Assembly (NCBI GenBank): GCA_040383865.1
Contig: JBEICT010000001.1
Location: 1 to 46,978, forward strand
DNA: 46,978 bases
Origin: Flavobacteriales bacterium
Lineage (GTDB): Bacteria; Bacteroidota; Bacteroidia; Flavobacteriales_F; PHOS-HE28
Direction: 5' to 3'
Shown: one piece after another, positions 17,677-26,523 of the stretch
Position numbering within the stretch: position 1 is the first letter of the stretch
Layout: every line of letters starts with the position of its first letter
Program-made: the position numbers and the translations under genes
The notes under the pieces: model-generated
Databases searched by the model: none
What the model saw: only the letters and a program-made list of their open reading frames with translations
What the model was told of the DNA's origin: nothing

Positions 17677-18135
17677 ATGCATCGCATCCTGCTCGTCCTC
17701 GCCTTTGTAGTCGCAACGATGTTCGAAGCCATGGCTGGATCAGGAACGGCCACGCTCACCTGTCGATCCGCTTCGGGCAGGACCGTGTTCAAGGCCCAAT
17801 TACAGGACATTTCCGGACTGTTCGAAGGAGGTACCTTGATCATTGATGGCGACTCGTTGATATTCCCGGAGCAAAATGGCGACATCGAGCACCACGCCAT
17901 CTGGGACCCGAAGAACGGTGTGTTCACCCTTTCCTATTTCAAGCCTGGGATGAATGATATGCGCTTCATCCGCCTCTGGGCCATTCCCTCAACGTTCAAG
18001 ACCGTTGAAGGGAACGGCAACGTTGGCGCTGTGTACGAGTTCGAAGCGTTCCTCGAGGCCACAGAGCCGCGACCGGGCAAGGGGCACGCCACATCGACCA
18101 TCCGCCTCCAATGCACACTGACGTACCGCATCTGA
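17677..18135 (+). CDS. secreted hypothetical protein embedded in the men operon
   Basis: The ORF track starts at TTG 17656, and the first ATG is 17677 (MHRILLVLAFVVATMFEAMAGSG signal peptide). There are two Cys, one near each end of the mature part. I recognise no family. G+C is lower than in the flanks (hand count 94/180 over 17821..18000, against 39/60 in menD and 41/60 in menA lines). Confidence 0.6.
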   Translation: MHRILLVLAFVVATMFEAMAGSGTATLTCRSASGRTVFKAQLQDISGLFEGGTLIIDGDSLIFPEQNGDIEHHAIWDPKNGVFTLSYFKPGMNDMRFIRLWAIPSTFKTVEGNGNVGAVYEFEAFLEATEPRPGKGHATSTIRLQCTLTYRI

Positions 18136-18157
18136 CCTGTGCACCGGCAACCCACGC

Positions 18158-19066
18158 ATGAACCCTTGGATCCACGCCTTCCGCCTGCGTACGCTGCCCT
18201 TGGCGGTGAGCAGCATCATCGTGGGCAGTGCGCTGGCCATTCCATACAGCCGGATCAGTGCAGAGATGACCTTTCGTGTGGAAGTGCTGGTGCTTGCCCT
18301 GCTCACCGCGATACTCCTGCAAGTGCTGAGCAACCTGGCCAACGACCTCGGCGACCACCAGCACGGCACCGACAATGAAAAGCGCGTGGGTCCGCAACGG
18401 GCCGTGCAGAGCGGGGCCATCTCCCCCGCCTCCATGAAGCGGGCCATGGTCATCTGTGGCACGCTGGCCTTGGCCACTGGCACCACGCTCATCATCGTGG
18501 CCTTGGGGTTCCGGCTGATGACACTGCTGTTCCTGCTGACCGGCCTGCTCGCGATCGGTGCCGCCGTGAAGTACACCTTCGGTAAGAACCCCTATGGCTA
18601 TGCCGGACTGGGCGACGTGAGCGTGTTCCTCTTCTTCGGGATCGTGGGGGTGATGGGTACGCACTACCTGCATGCACGTTACATCGACTGGCTGCACCTG
18701 CTGCCGGCTGCCGGTCTCGGGCTGCTAAGTGCCGGCGTACTGAACGTGAACAACATGCGCGACATCCGGAACGACAAGGCGAGCGGCAAGATCACATTGG
18801 CGGTGCGCATGGGCTTCGATCGCGCCAAAGGCTATCATGGCCTGTTGGTGATCGGGGGATTGAGCTGCCTGATGCTTTACACCTCACTGACCTTCCGGGG
18901 CATGCCGCAATGGGGCTTCCTCATCGCCGCACCGGCGCTGGCCTCGCACCTGAAGACCGTGATGGGCACCTTCGACCCAGCAGCACTGGACCCACAGCTC
19001 AAGAAACTGGCGCTGGGTACATTCGCCGCGGCACTGGCCTTCTCCATCGGACTGGTGCTGGCCTGA
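18158..19066 (+). CDS. menA: 1,4-dihydroxy-2-naphthoate polyprenyltransferase
   Basis: 302 aa polytopic membrane protein. It has the UbiA-family motif NDLGDHQHGTD and a second Asp-rich region NNMRDIRNDKASGK. Confidence 0.9.
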   Translation: MNPWIHAFRLRTLPLAVSSIIVGSALAIPYSRISAEMTFRVEVLVLALLTAILLQVLSNLANDLGDHQHGTDNEKRVGPQRAVQSGAISPASMKRAMVICGTLALATGTTLIIVALGFRLMTLLFLLTGLLAIGAAVKYTFGKNPYGYAGLGDVSVFLFFGIVGVMGTHYLHARYIDWLHLLPAAGLGLLSAGVLNVNNMRDIRNDKASGKITLAVRMGFDRAKGYHGLLVIGGLSCLMLYTSLTFRGMPQWGFLIAAPALASHLKTVMGTFDPAALDPQLKKLALGTFAAALAFSIGLVLA

Positions 19067-20131
19067 ATGATCAACGCGCGTTGGATCGAACACACCCTGC
19101 AACCCCACTTTGAGCTGGGGACGAGCAAAGGCACCATCAGCGCTCGCCAGGTGTGGTACCTCATCGCCTGGGACGACGAGCGGCCCGGCATACAAGGCAT
19201 CGGCGAAGCAGCGCTCTTCCCCGGCCACAGCAAGGAATTCCCTGCGGATGTGCGCACCAAACTGCTAGAGCTGTGCGCGAACACGAGTGATTGGAAAGAG
19301 CGTCTCTCAGGAGACCTCGTGGACGTACCCAGTGTGCGCTTCGCTGTAGAGCAATGCCTGCGCGACCTGGAGGCCAGCGGCACCAAGGTGCTCTTCCCTT
19401 CCGCGTTCACGCTGGGTCAGCAAGGCATCCCCATCAATGGACTGGTGTGGATGGGCGATAAGGAGACCATGCGGCAACGCATCAGGCAACAGATCGACGC
19501 GGGGAACACCTGCGTGAAGATGAAGATCGGGGCCATTGGCCTGGAGGATGAGCTGGAACTGTTGCGTGCCGTGCGGAACGCGTACAACGCCAAGGACCTC
19601 ACCCTGCGCGTGGATGCGAACGGCGCCTTCGATGCGCGGAACGTCGGGTCCGTGCTGGACCGACTGGCCGAACTGGAGGTGCACAGCATTGAACAACCCG
19701 TGGCGCCCGGACTGTACGAGGTAATGGCCGACCTGTGCGCCACCACGCCCGTACCCATTGCCCTGGATGAGGACCTCATTGGGCTGAACCGTACCGACCT
19801 GAAGCGGGACCTGCTTGACCACGTGAAACCCCAGTACATCGTGATCAAGCCGAGCCTCGTGGGCGGATGGGACGCCACGCGCGAGTGGATCGACCTGGCC
19901 ACGGCTCGCAACATCGGCTGGTGGATCACCTCGGCCCTGGAGAGCAGCATTGGGTTGAACGCCATCGCGCAATTCACCGCCACACTGAACGTGACCGTGC
20001 CCCAGGGGCTTGGTACGGGCAAGGTGTATGCGAATAACATCCCTTCACCGCTGCTGGCGGAAGGCGGAACCCTCCATTATCGTCCGGAAGGGGCCTGGGA
20101 CCTCTCCCGCTTCGAACCTGCACGCCCATGA
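19067..20131 (+). CDS. menC: o-succinylbenzoate synthase (enolase superfamily)
   Basis: 354 aa. Motifs are KMKIG, LRVDANGAF, IEQP, LDEDL and IKPSLVGG. Its ATG immediately follows the menA stop, and an ATGA overlap joins it to menE. Confidence 0.85.
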   Translation: MINARWIEHTLQPHFELGTSKGTISARQVWYLIAWDDERPGIQGIGEAALFPGHSKEFPADVRTKLLELCANTSDWKERLSGDLVDVPSVRFAVEQCLRDLEASGTKVLFPSAFTLGQQGIPINGLVWMGDKETMRQRIRQQIDAGNTCVKMKIGAIGLEDELELLRAVRNAYNAKDLTLRVDANGAFDARNVGSVLDRLAELEVHSIEQPVAPGLYEVMADLCATTPVPIALDEDLIGLNRTDLKRDLLDHVKPQYIVIKPSLVGGWDATREWIDLATARNIGWWITSALESSIGLNAIAQFTATLNVTVPQGLGTGKVYANNIPSPLLAEGGTLHYRPEGAWDLSRFEPARP

Positions 20132-21204
20132 CCACGGCGGCTGCCTGGGACAGGCTCACCATTGATGGGCGCCTCCTGGAAGGTTCTGAACTGATGGCCT
20201 TTGCCGCAGCGCTGAGACACCAGGAGGACACAGCGGAATGGAGCGCACCATTGTCACAGCTGATCATGGAGCTCGCTGGGCATCAGCGGCCACTGACGAT
20301 GCACACCAGCGGCACCACCGGAGCACCCAAGCCCATTCGCATCGGCAGGCGCGACCTGAAGGCCAGTGCCATGCTTACCGCCACAACGTTCGGCCTGAAG
20401 GCCGGTGACCGTACGCTGCTTTGCCTGCCCTGCGATTTCGTAGCGGGCAAGCTCATGGTGATCAGGGCCATGTTGCTTGGCCTCGACCTGCACATCGCCG
20501 ACCCGCGCGGCAGCGTACTGCACAACCTTCGCACCAACGACCGGTTCCGCTTCACCGCCATGGTGCCGCTGCAACTGCATCGCGCCTTGCAGGAGAACAG
20601 GTCGCGCGTTGAGGAACAGTTCGACACCATCCTGCTCGGCGGAGGACCGGTGAGTGACACCCTCACCGATGACCTGAAGGAACTGGGCACCAAGGTCTAT
20701 CAAGGCTACGGCAGCACCGAGACCGTGACCCACGTGGCCATGCGCCGCCTGAACGGCCCGGAAAGCCAGACATCGTTCCATGCCATTGGCAACGTGCATT
20801 TCGGACGCGACCCGCGAGGTTGCCTGGTGGTGTACACGCCGCACCTCTCCACCAAGCAGCACGTGACGAACGACCTCGTGGAACTGTTGGATGACCACCA
20901 CTTCAACTGGATGGGCCGGTACGACAATGTGATCCTGAGCGGCGGCAAGAAGATCTTTCCGGAACAGCTTGAGGCACGCACGGCAGGCCGGATACCCTTC
21001 CCGCACTACTTCACCGGCGTACATGACGACGTGCTGGGACAGGCCGTAATGCTGGTGATCGAGACCGAACTGCCGCAGGGCGAGGTGCTGCCCGAGATAC
21101 TGGACAACCTGATGACGATCCTGCATCCGCATGAACTGCCCCGCAGGGTGCAGGCCCTGCGGCGCATCCAGCGCACCAGCGGCGGAAAGATCATCCGCGG
21201 CTGA
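20128..21204 (+). CDS. menE: o-succinylbenzoate-CoA ligase (short adenylate-forming enzyme)
   Basis: 358 aa. AMP-binding motifs are HTSGTTGAPKPI and QGYGSTET, with a terminal GGKI. It sits in men context. Confidence 0.85.
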   Translation: MTTAAAWDRLTIDGRLLEGSELMAFAAALRHQEDTAEWSAPLSQLIMELAGHQRPLTMHTSGTTGAPKPIRIGRRDLKASAMLTATTFGLKAGDRTLLCLPCDFVAGKLMVIRAMLLGLDLHIADPRGSVLHNLRTNDRFRFTAMVPLQLHRALQENRSRVEEQFDTILLGGGPVSDTLTDDLKELGTKVYQGYGSTETVTHVAMRRLNGPESQTSFHAIGNVHFGRDPRGCLVVYTPHLSTKQHVTNDLVELLDDHHFNWMGRYDNVILSGGKKIFPEQLEARTAGRIPFPHYFTGVHDDVLGQAVMLVIETELPQGEVLPEILDNLMTILHPHELPRRVQALRRIQRTSGGKIIRG

Positions 21205-21209
21205 AAGCG

Positions 21210-22301
21210 CTATTTCATGTTGTTGACGGCCTCCTTGTCCAAGGGGTCCTCATCGCCATCGTCGAAGGGCTTGGCCACCACGTAGGTCCGCCAGCGATCC
21301 AGCACCACCTGCATGTCCGCAGGCAAAGGGCTCTCGAAGTGCATGCGCACCCCCGATATGGGATGGTCGATATCGAGGGTGCGGGCATGAAGCGCCTGTC
21401 GAGGCAAGGCGCGGAAGCAATTCTCAACGTACTGCTTGTACTTGGTGAAGGTGGTGCCCTTCAGCACGCGGTCACCACCATAAGCCGCATCATTGAACAA
21501 CGGGTGGCCGGTCCATTGCATGTGGACACGGATCTGATGTGTACGGCCCGTTTCCAGCTTGCATTCCACCAACGTCACGTAACGGAACCGTTCCAGCACA
21601 CGCCAACGGGTCGTGGCGGGCTTGCCCTGCTCGCCTTCCGGGAACACGGATTGCACGGTTCGGTCCCTCACGCTTCTGCCGATATGCCCTTCGATCACGC
21701 CCTCATCCTCCGCGAAGTCGCCCCAGACCAGTGCATTGTATCGCCGGTCGCTGGTACGGTCGAAGAACTGCCGGGCCAGGTGGGTGAGCGCCTCCTCGGT
21801 CTTGCCCACGACCATGACACCACTGGTATCCTTGTCCAGCCGATGCACCAATCCCGGTCTCGGGATCTCCGCCCCGGGCGTGGAAGGCAGCTTGCCGAAA
21901 TGGAACAATAGCGCGTTCACGAGCGTGCCGGTCCAGTTGCCATGACCGGGATGCACCACGAGTCCCGCCTGCTTGTCGATGACCAGGATGTGCTCATCCT
22001 CGTACAGGATGTTCAACGGGATGTCCTCGGGCACCAGCTCAAGCTCGCGCTGGGGATAAGGCAGCACGATGCTGATCTCATCGCCTGGCTTCACCTTCTG
22101 GCTCGGCTTCGCTGCCTTGCCGTTCACCAGGACATTGCCTGCCCTGGCCGCCACCTGGACCCGGTTCCGCGATGTGTTCGCCAACCGATCGAACAGGAAC
22201 TTGTCCAGCCGGATCAGCGACTGCTTGGGGTCGCAGACAATCCGATGATGTTCATACAGTTCCTGCTCATCGACCAGGCTAACGGACCCTTCGTTGTTCA
22301 T
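21210..22301 (-). CDS. rluD: RluA/RluD-family 23S rRNA pseudouridine synthase with S4 domain
   Basis: 363 aa. The catalytic motif is HRLDKDTSGVMVVGKT, followed by RRYNALVWG and THQIRVHM. Confidence 0.88.
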   Translation of the reverse strand: MNNEGSVSLVDEQELYEHHRIVCDPKQSLIRLDKFLFDRLANTSRNRVQVAARAGNVLVNGKAAKPSQKVKPGDEISIVLPYPQRELELVPEDIPLNILYEDEHILVIDKQAGLVVHPGHGNWTGTLVNALLFHFGKLPSTPGAEIPRPGLVHRLDKDTSGVMVVGKTEEALTHLARQFFDRTSDRRYNALVWGDFAEDEGVIEGHIGRSVRDRTVQSVFPEGEQGKPATTRWRVLERFRYVTLVECKLETGRTHQIRVHMQWTGHPLFNDAAYGGDRVLKGTTFTKYKQYVENCFRALPRQALHARTLDIDHPISGVRMHFESPLPADMQVVLDRWRTYVVAKPFDDGDEDPLDKEAVNNMK

Positions 22302-24550
22302 CAGCGTTGGATGAGGAGCTTTTCCTGGGCCACCAGGTTGCCGGATGCATTGAGGACCCGCACGATATGCAGGCCTGGAGCAAGGCCTGTCGAAGAGATC
22401 GGCGCTCCGGAGCGGTACGGGGCGTGCAACACCTCGCGCCCCAATGCATCCATCACCACCACATGGCCAGCGGCAAGTTCCTCCGTGGTGCGGATCGTGA
22501 ATTCTCCGTCCGCCGGGTTCGGGTACAGCGACGTGTCCTCCTCCCGGGAGGGCTCTTCAACACCGGCAAAAGGGTCCAATGCGGCCACGAACACGGGTCG
22601 CATCATCAACGAACCACTGAACGAGGTATTGGTGAACGCCCCTGTGGTGCGGTAGAAAATGCGGCTGGCGTTATCCCGGTTACGATCGAAGCCCAGGTTC
22701 ATCACCACATCGTTGGTCTGTGTCCATCCTATGTAAATGGTCCCTTCAACGTAGATGGTCGAGTCGAGCGGATACTCCACAAATCGATCGAGGCCGTCCA
22801 CCTTGTACTCGGGCGCGGAAAAGGAGAAGTTCTGGTGCTGTATCACCTCTGGTGAAAGGCCTTTCCAGACGGTGATCAGGAAAGAACCGTCCGCGGGCGG
22901 GGCGCTTGGCGGCGGGTTCAACGAAGGGCTGAAATACATGCGGATGGCCCGAAGCGAATCACCCTGGGCCAGATCGAAGCGGTAGGCCAGCTTGCCCCCC
23001 GAACTGTTCAGGCCATAGGTCTGTTCCGCCGAGCCATCGTCATAGGCGTAGTAGTTGCTGATCTCCTGGATGAAGGTGATGGTATCATTGTACCGATTGA
23101 TGTCGGGCGTGGTATTGGCCCAATACTTCACGCGCCAGAAAGCCGCATCCGTGGACAGCGACGGTTCGTACTCGAAGTTGTTCGTGCCCGAGTTGATGGG
23201 GTGCGTACTGGCGAAGGTGCTCGACGCATTGCCCGAGGTGTTCAACCCGTTCTCGAAATTCTCAAAGCCACTGCCGTTCTCCTCCCTGGCCTGCATGCCG
23301 AAACGGATGAAGCGGTCCTCCACGTCAAGGTTCTTCAGATCTACATTCGTCTGTTCCAGCATGAACGAGGCCGGTGACAGGCCGTAGGTAGTGAACGGCA
23401 TCGACGTGTAGTTGGAGAGCAATGTGCTCTCGGGCATCACGTAGGCCACGTCCACCAATCGGGTGTCGTCGAAACTGCGCTGCGCCGCCAAGCGCACATA
23501 GTCGATGTGCCAGTGATCGAAGGCTCCGCTCAGGGTGGCGTAGTTCAGGAAGCGCATTCGGAATCCGTTCTTGAGATACCTGAACTGCTTGATGGGGATG
23601 AGCACCTGCTGGAACGGGGCCTGGGCCACATAGGGAGTGCGCCACACGCGGTACCACGTGTCCTCCTCAGGAGCATAGAACTCCAGCACCAGGCTGTCCT
23701 GCGGTTGAATGAACGAATCACCACTGCGCCCCTGAGCCTGGTAGAAGAAGCTCAGGTAAATGGAATCGCTTGCCGGGAATTGTAGATCGATGGGCACCGA
23801 CGTGAGGCGGTCGGCAATCCCATAACTGGTGTAGGTAATGAGATCGTACGGAGCGCCAGTACGAGAGAGCCCATCGAACGTGGCCACCCCGATGGTGGGT
23901 GGGTCGATGGGAAAAGTGCCGTTCACATGCACATTATCATCCTCCCAGAGGATCAACGGGACCACTGAATTGTCCGGCCTGATGTAAGTGCGCGTATCGG
24001 CAGGCACCGCATAAACCAGCAAGGAGTCCTGCAACAACAGAGGCGGTAAAAGGTCCAACGTATCCGGCGACGGGGACTGGATGGTATCGAAGATATTGTA
24101 GGGCGGCCAGGCATCAACGACAGTCTCTGTTGGCGGATACACGGCCAGATCGCGCTCCGTGAGAACGATCAACGGCAGCGGGGTACGCACCGTGACCGGA
24201 GGCTCCTGCATGTCAGTGACATACAGGAAGGTGGTATCGGTGGCGAAGCGCATATCGGGTTCCGATACGCCCAGCGCCTCAAGCCTGTAAATGGTCTCCG
24301 AGAGCGTGACCCCGAGGTCATCAGGCTGGGCCCAGCGCTTGCGGGTCCGGTCCACGGAAAAATCATCCGCTATGGGCAGGGTCTGCGGAAGGTACTGGTA
24401 GATGTAGTGCGTGTTCAGCCCATTCGACTTGGCAGCCTCGTCGACCATGGCCACGCCGCCGCGTATGGCACGCACCACCTCGCCCTGTGCTTGCGAAGCG
24501 ATCGGGCCCAGCAGGGATGCCAGGAAAAGCAGGGTCCTATTCAATGACAT
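22301..24550 (-). CDS. large secreted protein of unknown function with T9SS type-A C-terminal sorting domain
   Basis: The ORF track gives 22301..24646. The likely start is ATG 24550 (MSLNRTLLFLASLLGPIASQAQ), 12 nt after the PASTA-gene stop. The C-terminus is SLYPNPADGEFTIRT...VVVMDALGREV...GLHIVRVLNASGNLVAQEKLLIQR. Its stop overlaps the rluD ATG by 1 nt (TGATG). Confidence 0.8.
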   Translation of the reverse strand: MSLNRTLLFLASLLGPIASQAQGEVVRAIRGGVAMVDEAAKSNGLNTHYIYQYLPQTLPIADDFSVDRTRKRWAQPDDLGVTLSETIYRLEALGVSEPDMRFATDTTFLYVTDMQEPPVTVRTPLPLIVLTERDLAVYPPTETVVDAWPPYNIFDTIQSPSPDTLDLLPPLLLQDSLLVYAVPADTRTYIRPDNSVVPLILWEDDNVHVNGTFPIDPPTIGVATFDGLSRTGAPYDLITYTSYGIADRLTSVPIDLQFPASDSIYLSFFYQAQGRSGDSFIQPQDSLVLEFYAPEEDTWYRVWRTPYVAQAPFQQVLIPIKQFRYLKNGFRMRFLNYATLSGAFDHWHIDYVRLAAQRSFDDTRLVDVAYVMPESTLLSNYTSMPFTTYGLSPASFMLEQTNVDLKNLDVEDRFIRFGMQAREENGSGFENFENGLNTSGNASSTFASTHPINSGTNNFEYEPSLSTDAAFWRVKYWANTTPDINRYNDTITFIQEISNYYAYDDGSAEQTYGLNSSGGKLAYRFDLAQGDSLRAIRMYFSPSLNPPPSAPPADGSFLITVWKGLSPEVIQHQNFSFSAPEYKVDGLDRFVEYPLDSTIYVEGTIYIGWTQTNDVVMNLGFDRNRDNASRIFYRTTGAFTNTSFSGSLMMRPVFVAALDPFAGVEEPSREEDTSLYPNPADGEFTIRTTEELAAGHVVVMDALGREVLHAPYRSGAPISSTGLAPGLHIVRVLNASGNLVAQEKLLIQR

Positions 24551-25364
24551 CCAACGTATCATTCGTGATGTAGCGGGAAGGGTCGTTCCATCCGCTCTGG
24601 GGGCGAAGGCCGGCCGTATCAGTGGTAAGCCAGAGGTCGATGACACTTCCCATGGCGATGCGATTGTTCGGGTCCACGGCAGGTGATTGCCGGTACACCC
24701 TCGCCAACGTGGAATCGACCTTGCTATTGCACCCGTTGCAATCGACCACTATGCCCGGGTTCAGCGAGGCCATGTTAAGCACCAACGAGACATCGGCCTG
24801 GGTAAGTCCGCGGAGATCAGGCACAGGGACTCGTTCTCCTTTCTCTCCACCTCCCAGCACCAAGGTAATGGCCTCTCCCCTACGGATCTTGTCATTCGCT
24901 GCTATCGGCAAGCCCTTGTAGCGCTGTTCGATCACACAATCCAAACAGGGGTCGGGACGATACTGGAGCTCCTTCACCTTCAACCCTACGATCTCCAGCA
25001 CGGACATCGCTTGCCGCTTGGAAAGGTCCACAAGCCCCGGCATGTCGATCATCTTGGGCTGGTTGGCATTCAGCACCAGGTACACCTTGCGTCCGGGCTT
25101 CACGTCTATTCCGGGATCGGGGTCCTGGTCCACCACACTGCCTTTGGGAAGGTCGTCCGTGTACACCGAGTCGATGACCAAGGCCCTGAGGTCGCGCTTC
25201 TCCAACATGACCGTGGCCTCCTCCAGGGTCAACCCTTGCAGTTCGGGGACACGCATGGCCACGCCATGTCTGGTATAGAGCCGCAACCAGCTCCACCCTC
25301 CGAACAGGAGCACGGCCACCACGAGCAGTGGGAGGATCAGGCTGATGGAACGACGCTGGGCCAT
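24537..25364 (-). CDS. PASTA domain-containing membrane protein (no kinase or transpeptidase domain)
   Basis: 275 aa. The N-terminal TM segment is ISLILPLLVVAVLLFGGW. Three PASTA-like repeats follow (VPELQGLTLEEATVMLE.., MPGLVDLSKRQAMSVLE.., VPDLRGLTQADVSLVLN..). Confidence 0.8.
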   Translation of the reverse strand: MAQRRSISLILPLLVVAVLLFGGWSWLRLYTRHGVAMRVPELQGLTLEEATVMLEKRDLRALVIDSVYTDDLPKGSVVDQDPDPGIDVKPGRKVYLVLNANQPKMIDMPGLVDLSKRQAMSVLEIVGLKVKELQYRPDPCLDCVIEQRYKGLPIAANDKIRRGEAITLVLGGGEKGERVPVPDLRGLTQADVSLVLNMASLNPGIVVDCNGCNSKVDSTLARVYRQSPAVDPNNRIAMGSVIDLWLTTDTAGLRPQSGWNDPSRYITNDTLDVIE

Positions 25365-25527
25365 GGAACAGGGAGCCCCGATCAGGATGGGAGCATGAGA
25401 GGCGGCGCTAAGATAGCCGCACCGCCCATGGTGTGCCGTTCACGATCGGCGGTTCACAGTGGCCGGCCATCGTAGTGTAGAGGAACTCAGGCAACGACCA
25501 CCTTTGCCGGACCACGAACAAGTGATC

Positions 25528-26523
25528 ATGACCAAACCCCTCATTGCCATTCTGCGCGGCGGTTACACCGGCGAATCGGTGATCAGCATGCAGAGCGCCC
25601 GCACCATGATGGAGGCCGTGGACACACTACGCTTTGAGGCTCTTTATGTCACGGTGGACAGGGACGGCTGGACCAGTGAGCGAGCGGATGGCGGCATGGT
25701 CCCTTTCGACCGCGGGAATTTCACGGCTGACCTTGGAAATGGCCCCTTACGGTTCGCAGCGGCGTTGATCGCGATCCATGGCTCGCCTGGTGAGGATGGA
25801 CGGATGCAGGGCTATCTGGACATGCTGGGGGTGCCCTATGCAACGGGAGGGGTGCGCAGCATGGCCATTGCCATGAGCAAGTTCAGCACCACCGGTCTGT
25901 TGCGGCAGATGGGCTTCCCGGTGGCCGCTTCCATCGTTCTGAGAGGACGCGATGGGCACACACGGGAGCGGGTTCTCGCTGAAGTGGGCCTCCCCTGCTT
26001 CGTGAAGCCCGATGGCAGTGGCAGCAGCCTTGGCATCAGCAGGGCCGACACGCCGGAACAACTGGATGCCGCATTGGAGCTGGCCTTTGCAGAGGATGAT
26101 ACGGTGATGTGCGAAGCCCTGGTCACCGGCCGCGAACTGACATGCGGTGTGATGCGGCTACAAGGCCATGTGCAGGCCATGCCGGTATGCGAGATCCGCA
26201 CCAGCCGGCCCTTTTTCGACTACGAAGCGAAGTATCATTCAGCCGACACGCAGGAACTGATCCCCGCTCCGATCCCCGACGAGGTGACCAGGACCGTGCA
26301 GGACCGTTCCATGTCCATCTACAAGGCTCTGGGCTGTGATGGCATGGTGCGTATCGACCACTTTTGGACAGGCCAGGAAGTGATCACCATCGAGGTGAAC
26401 ACAACGCCCGGCTTCAGCGGTGCGAGCATATTCCCCAAGATGTTGGCCGTGGCGGGAATTGGCGTTCCCGCCGCCATCAACGGGCTGATCGAGGCCTGTC
26501 TTCAGCGCGTTCCGGCCAGATAG
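25528..26523 (+). CDS. ddl: D-alanine--D-alanine ligase
   Basis: The ORF track starts at 25459, and the family-typical start is ATG 25528 (MTKPLIAILRGGYTGESVIS). ATP-grasp motifs are HGSPGEDGRMQG, PCFVKPDGSGSSLGIS and IEVNTTPGFS. Confidence 0.9.
   Translation: MTKPLIAILRGGYTGESVISMQSARTMMEAVDTLRFEALYVTVDRDGWTSERADGGMVPFDRGNFTADLGNGPLRFAAALIAIHGSPGEDGRMQGYLDMLGVPYATGGVRSMAIAMSKFSTTGLLRQMGFPVAASIVLRGRDGHTRERVLAEVGLPCFVKPDGSGSSLGISRADTPEQLDAALELAFAEDDTVMCEALVTGRELTCGVMRLQGHVQAMPVCEIRTSRPFFDYEAKYHSADTQELIPAPIPDEVTRTVQDRSMSIYKALGCDGMVRIDHFWTGQEVITIEVNTTPGFSGASIFPKMLAVAGIGVPAAINGLIEACLQRVPAR

Noticed and set aside
16019-17716. A 565-aa minus-strand ORF covering almost all of menD.
   Set aside because: It is a shadow ORF of the kind expected in G+C-rich DNA. 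The translation is Arg/Gly/Ala/His-rich and low in complexity, with no family motifs. The plus-strand frame carries unmistakable MenD motifs and fits the operon.
17677-18135. The idea that the unknown ORF in the men operon is the missing MenH (SHCHC synthase).
   Set aside because: It is too small (152 aa), has a cleavable signal peptide, and lacks any GxSxG nucleophile-elbow or alpha/beta-hydrolase pattern. MenH acts in the cytoplasm.
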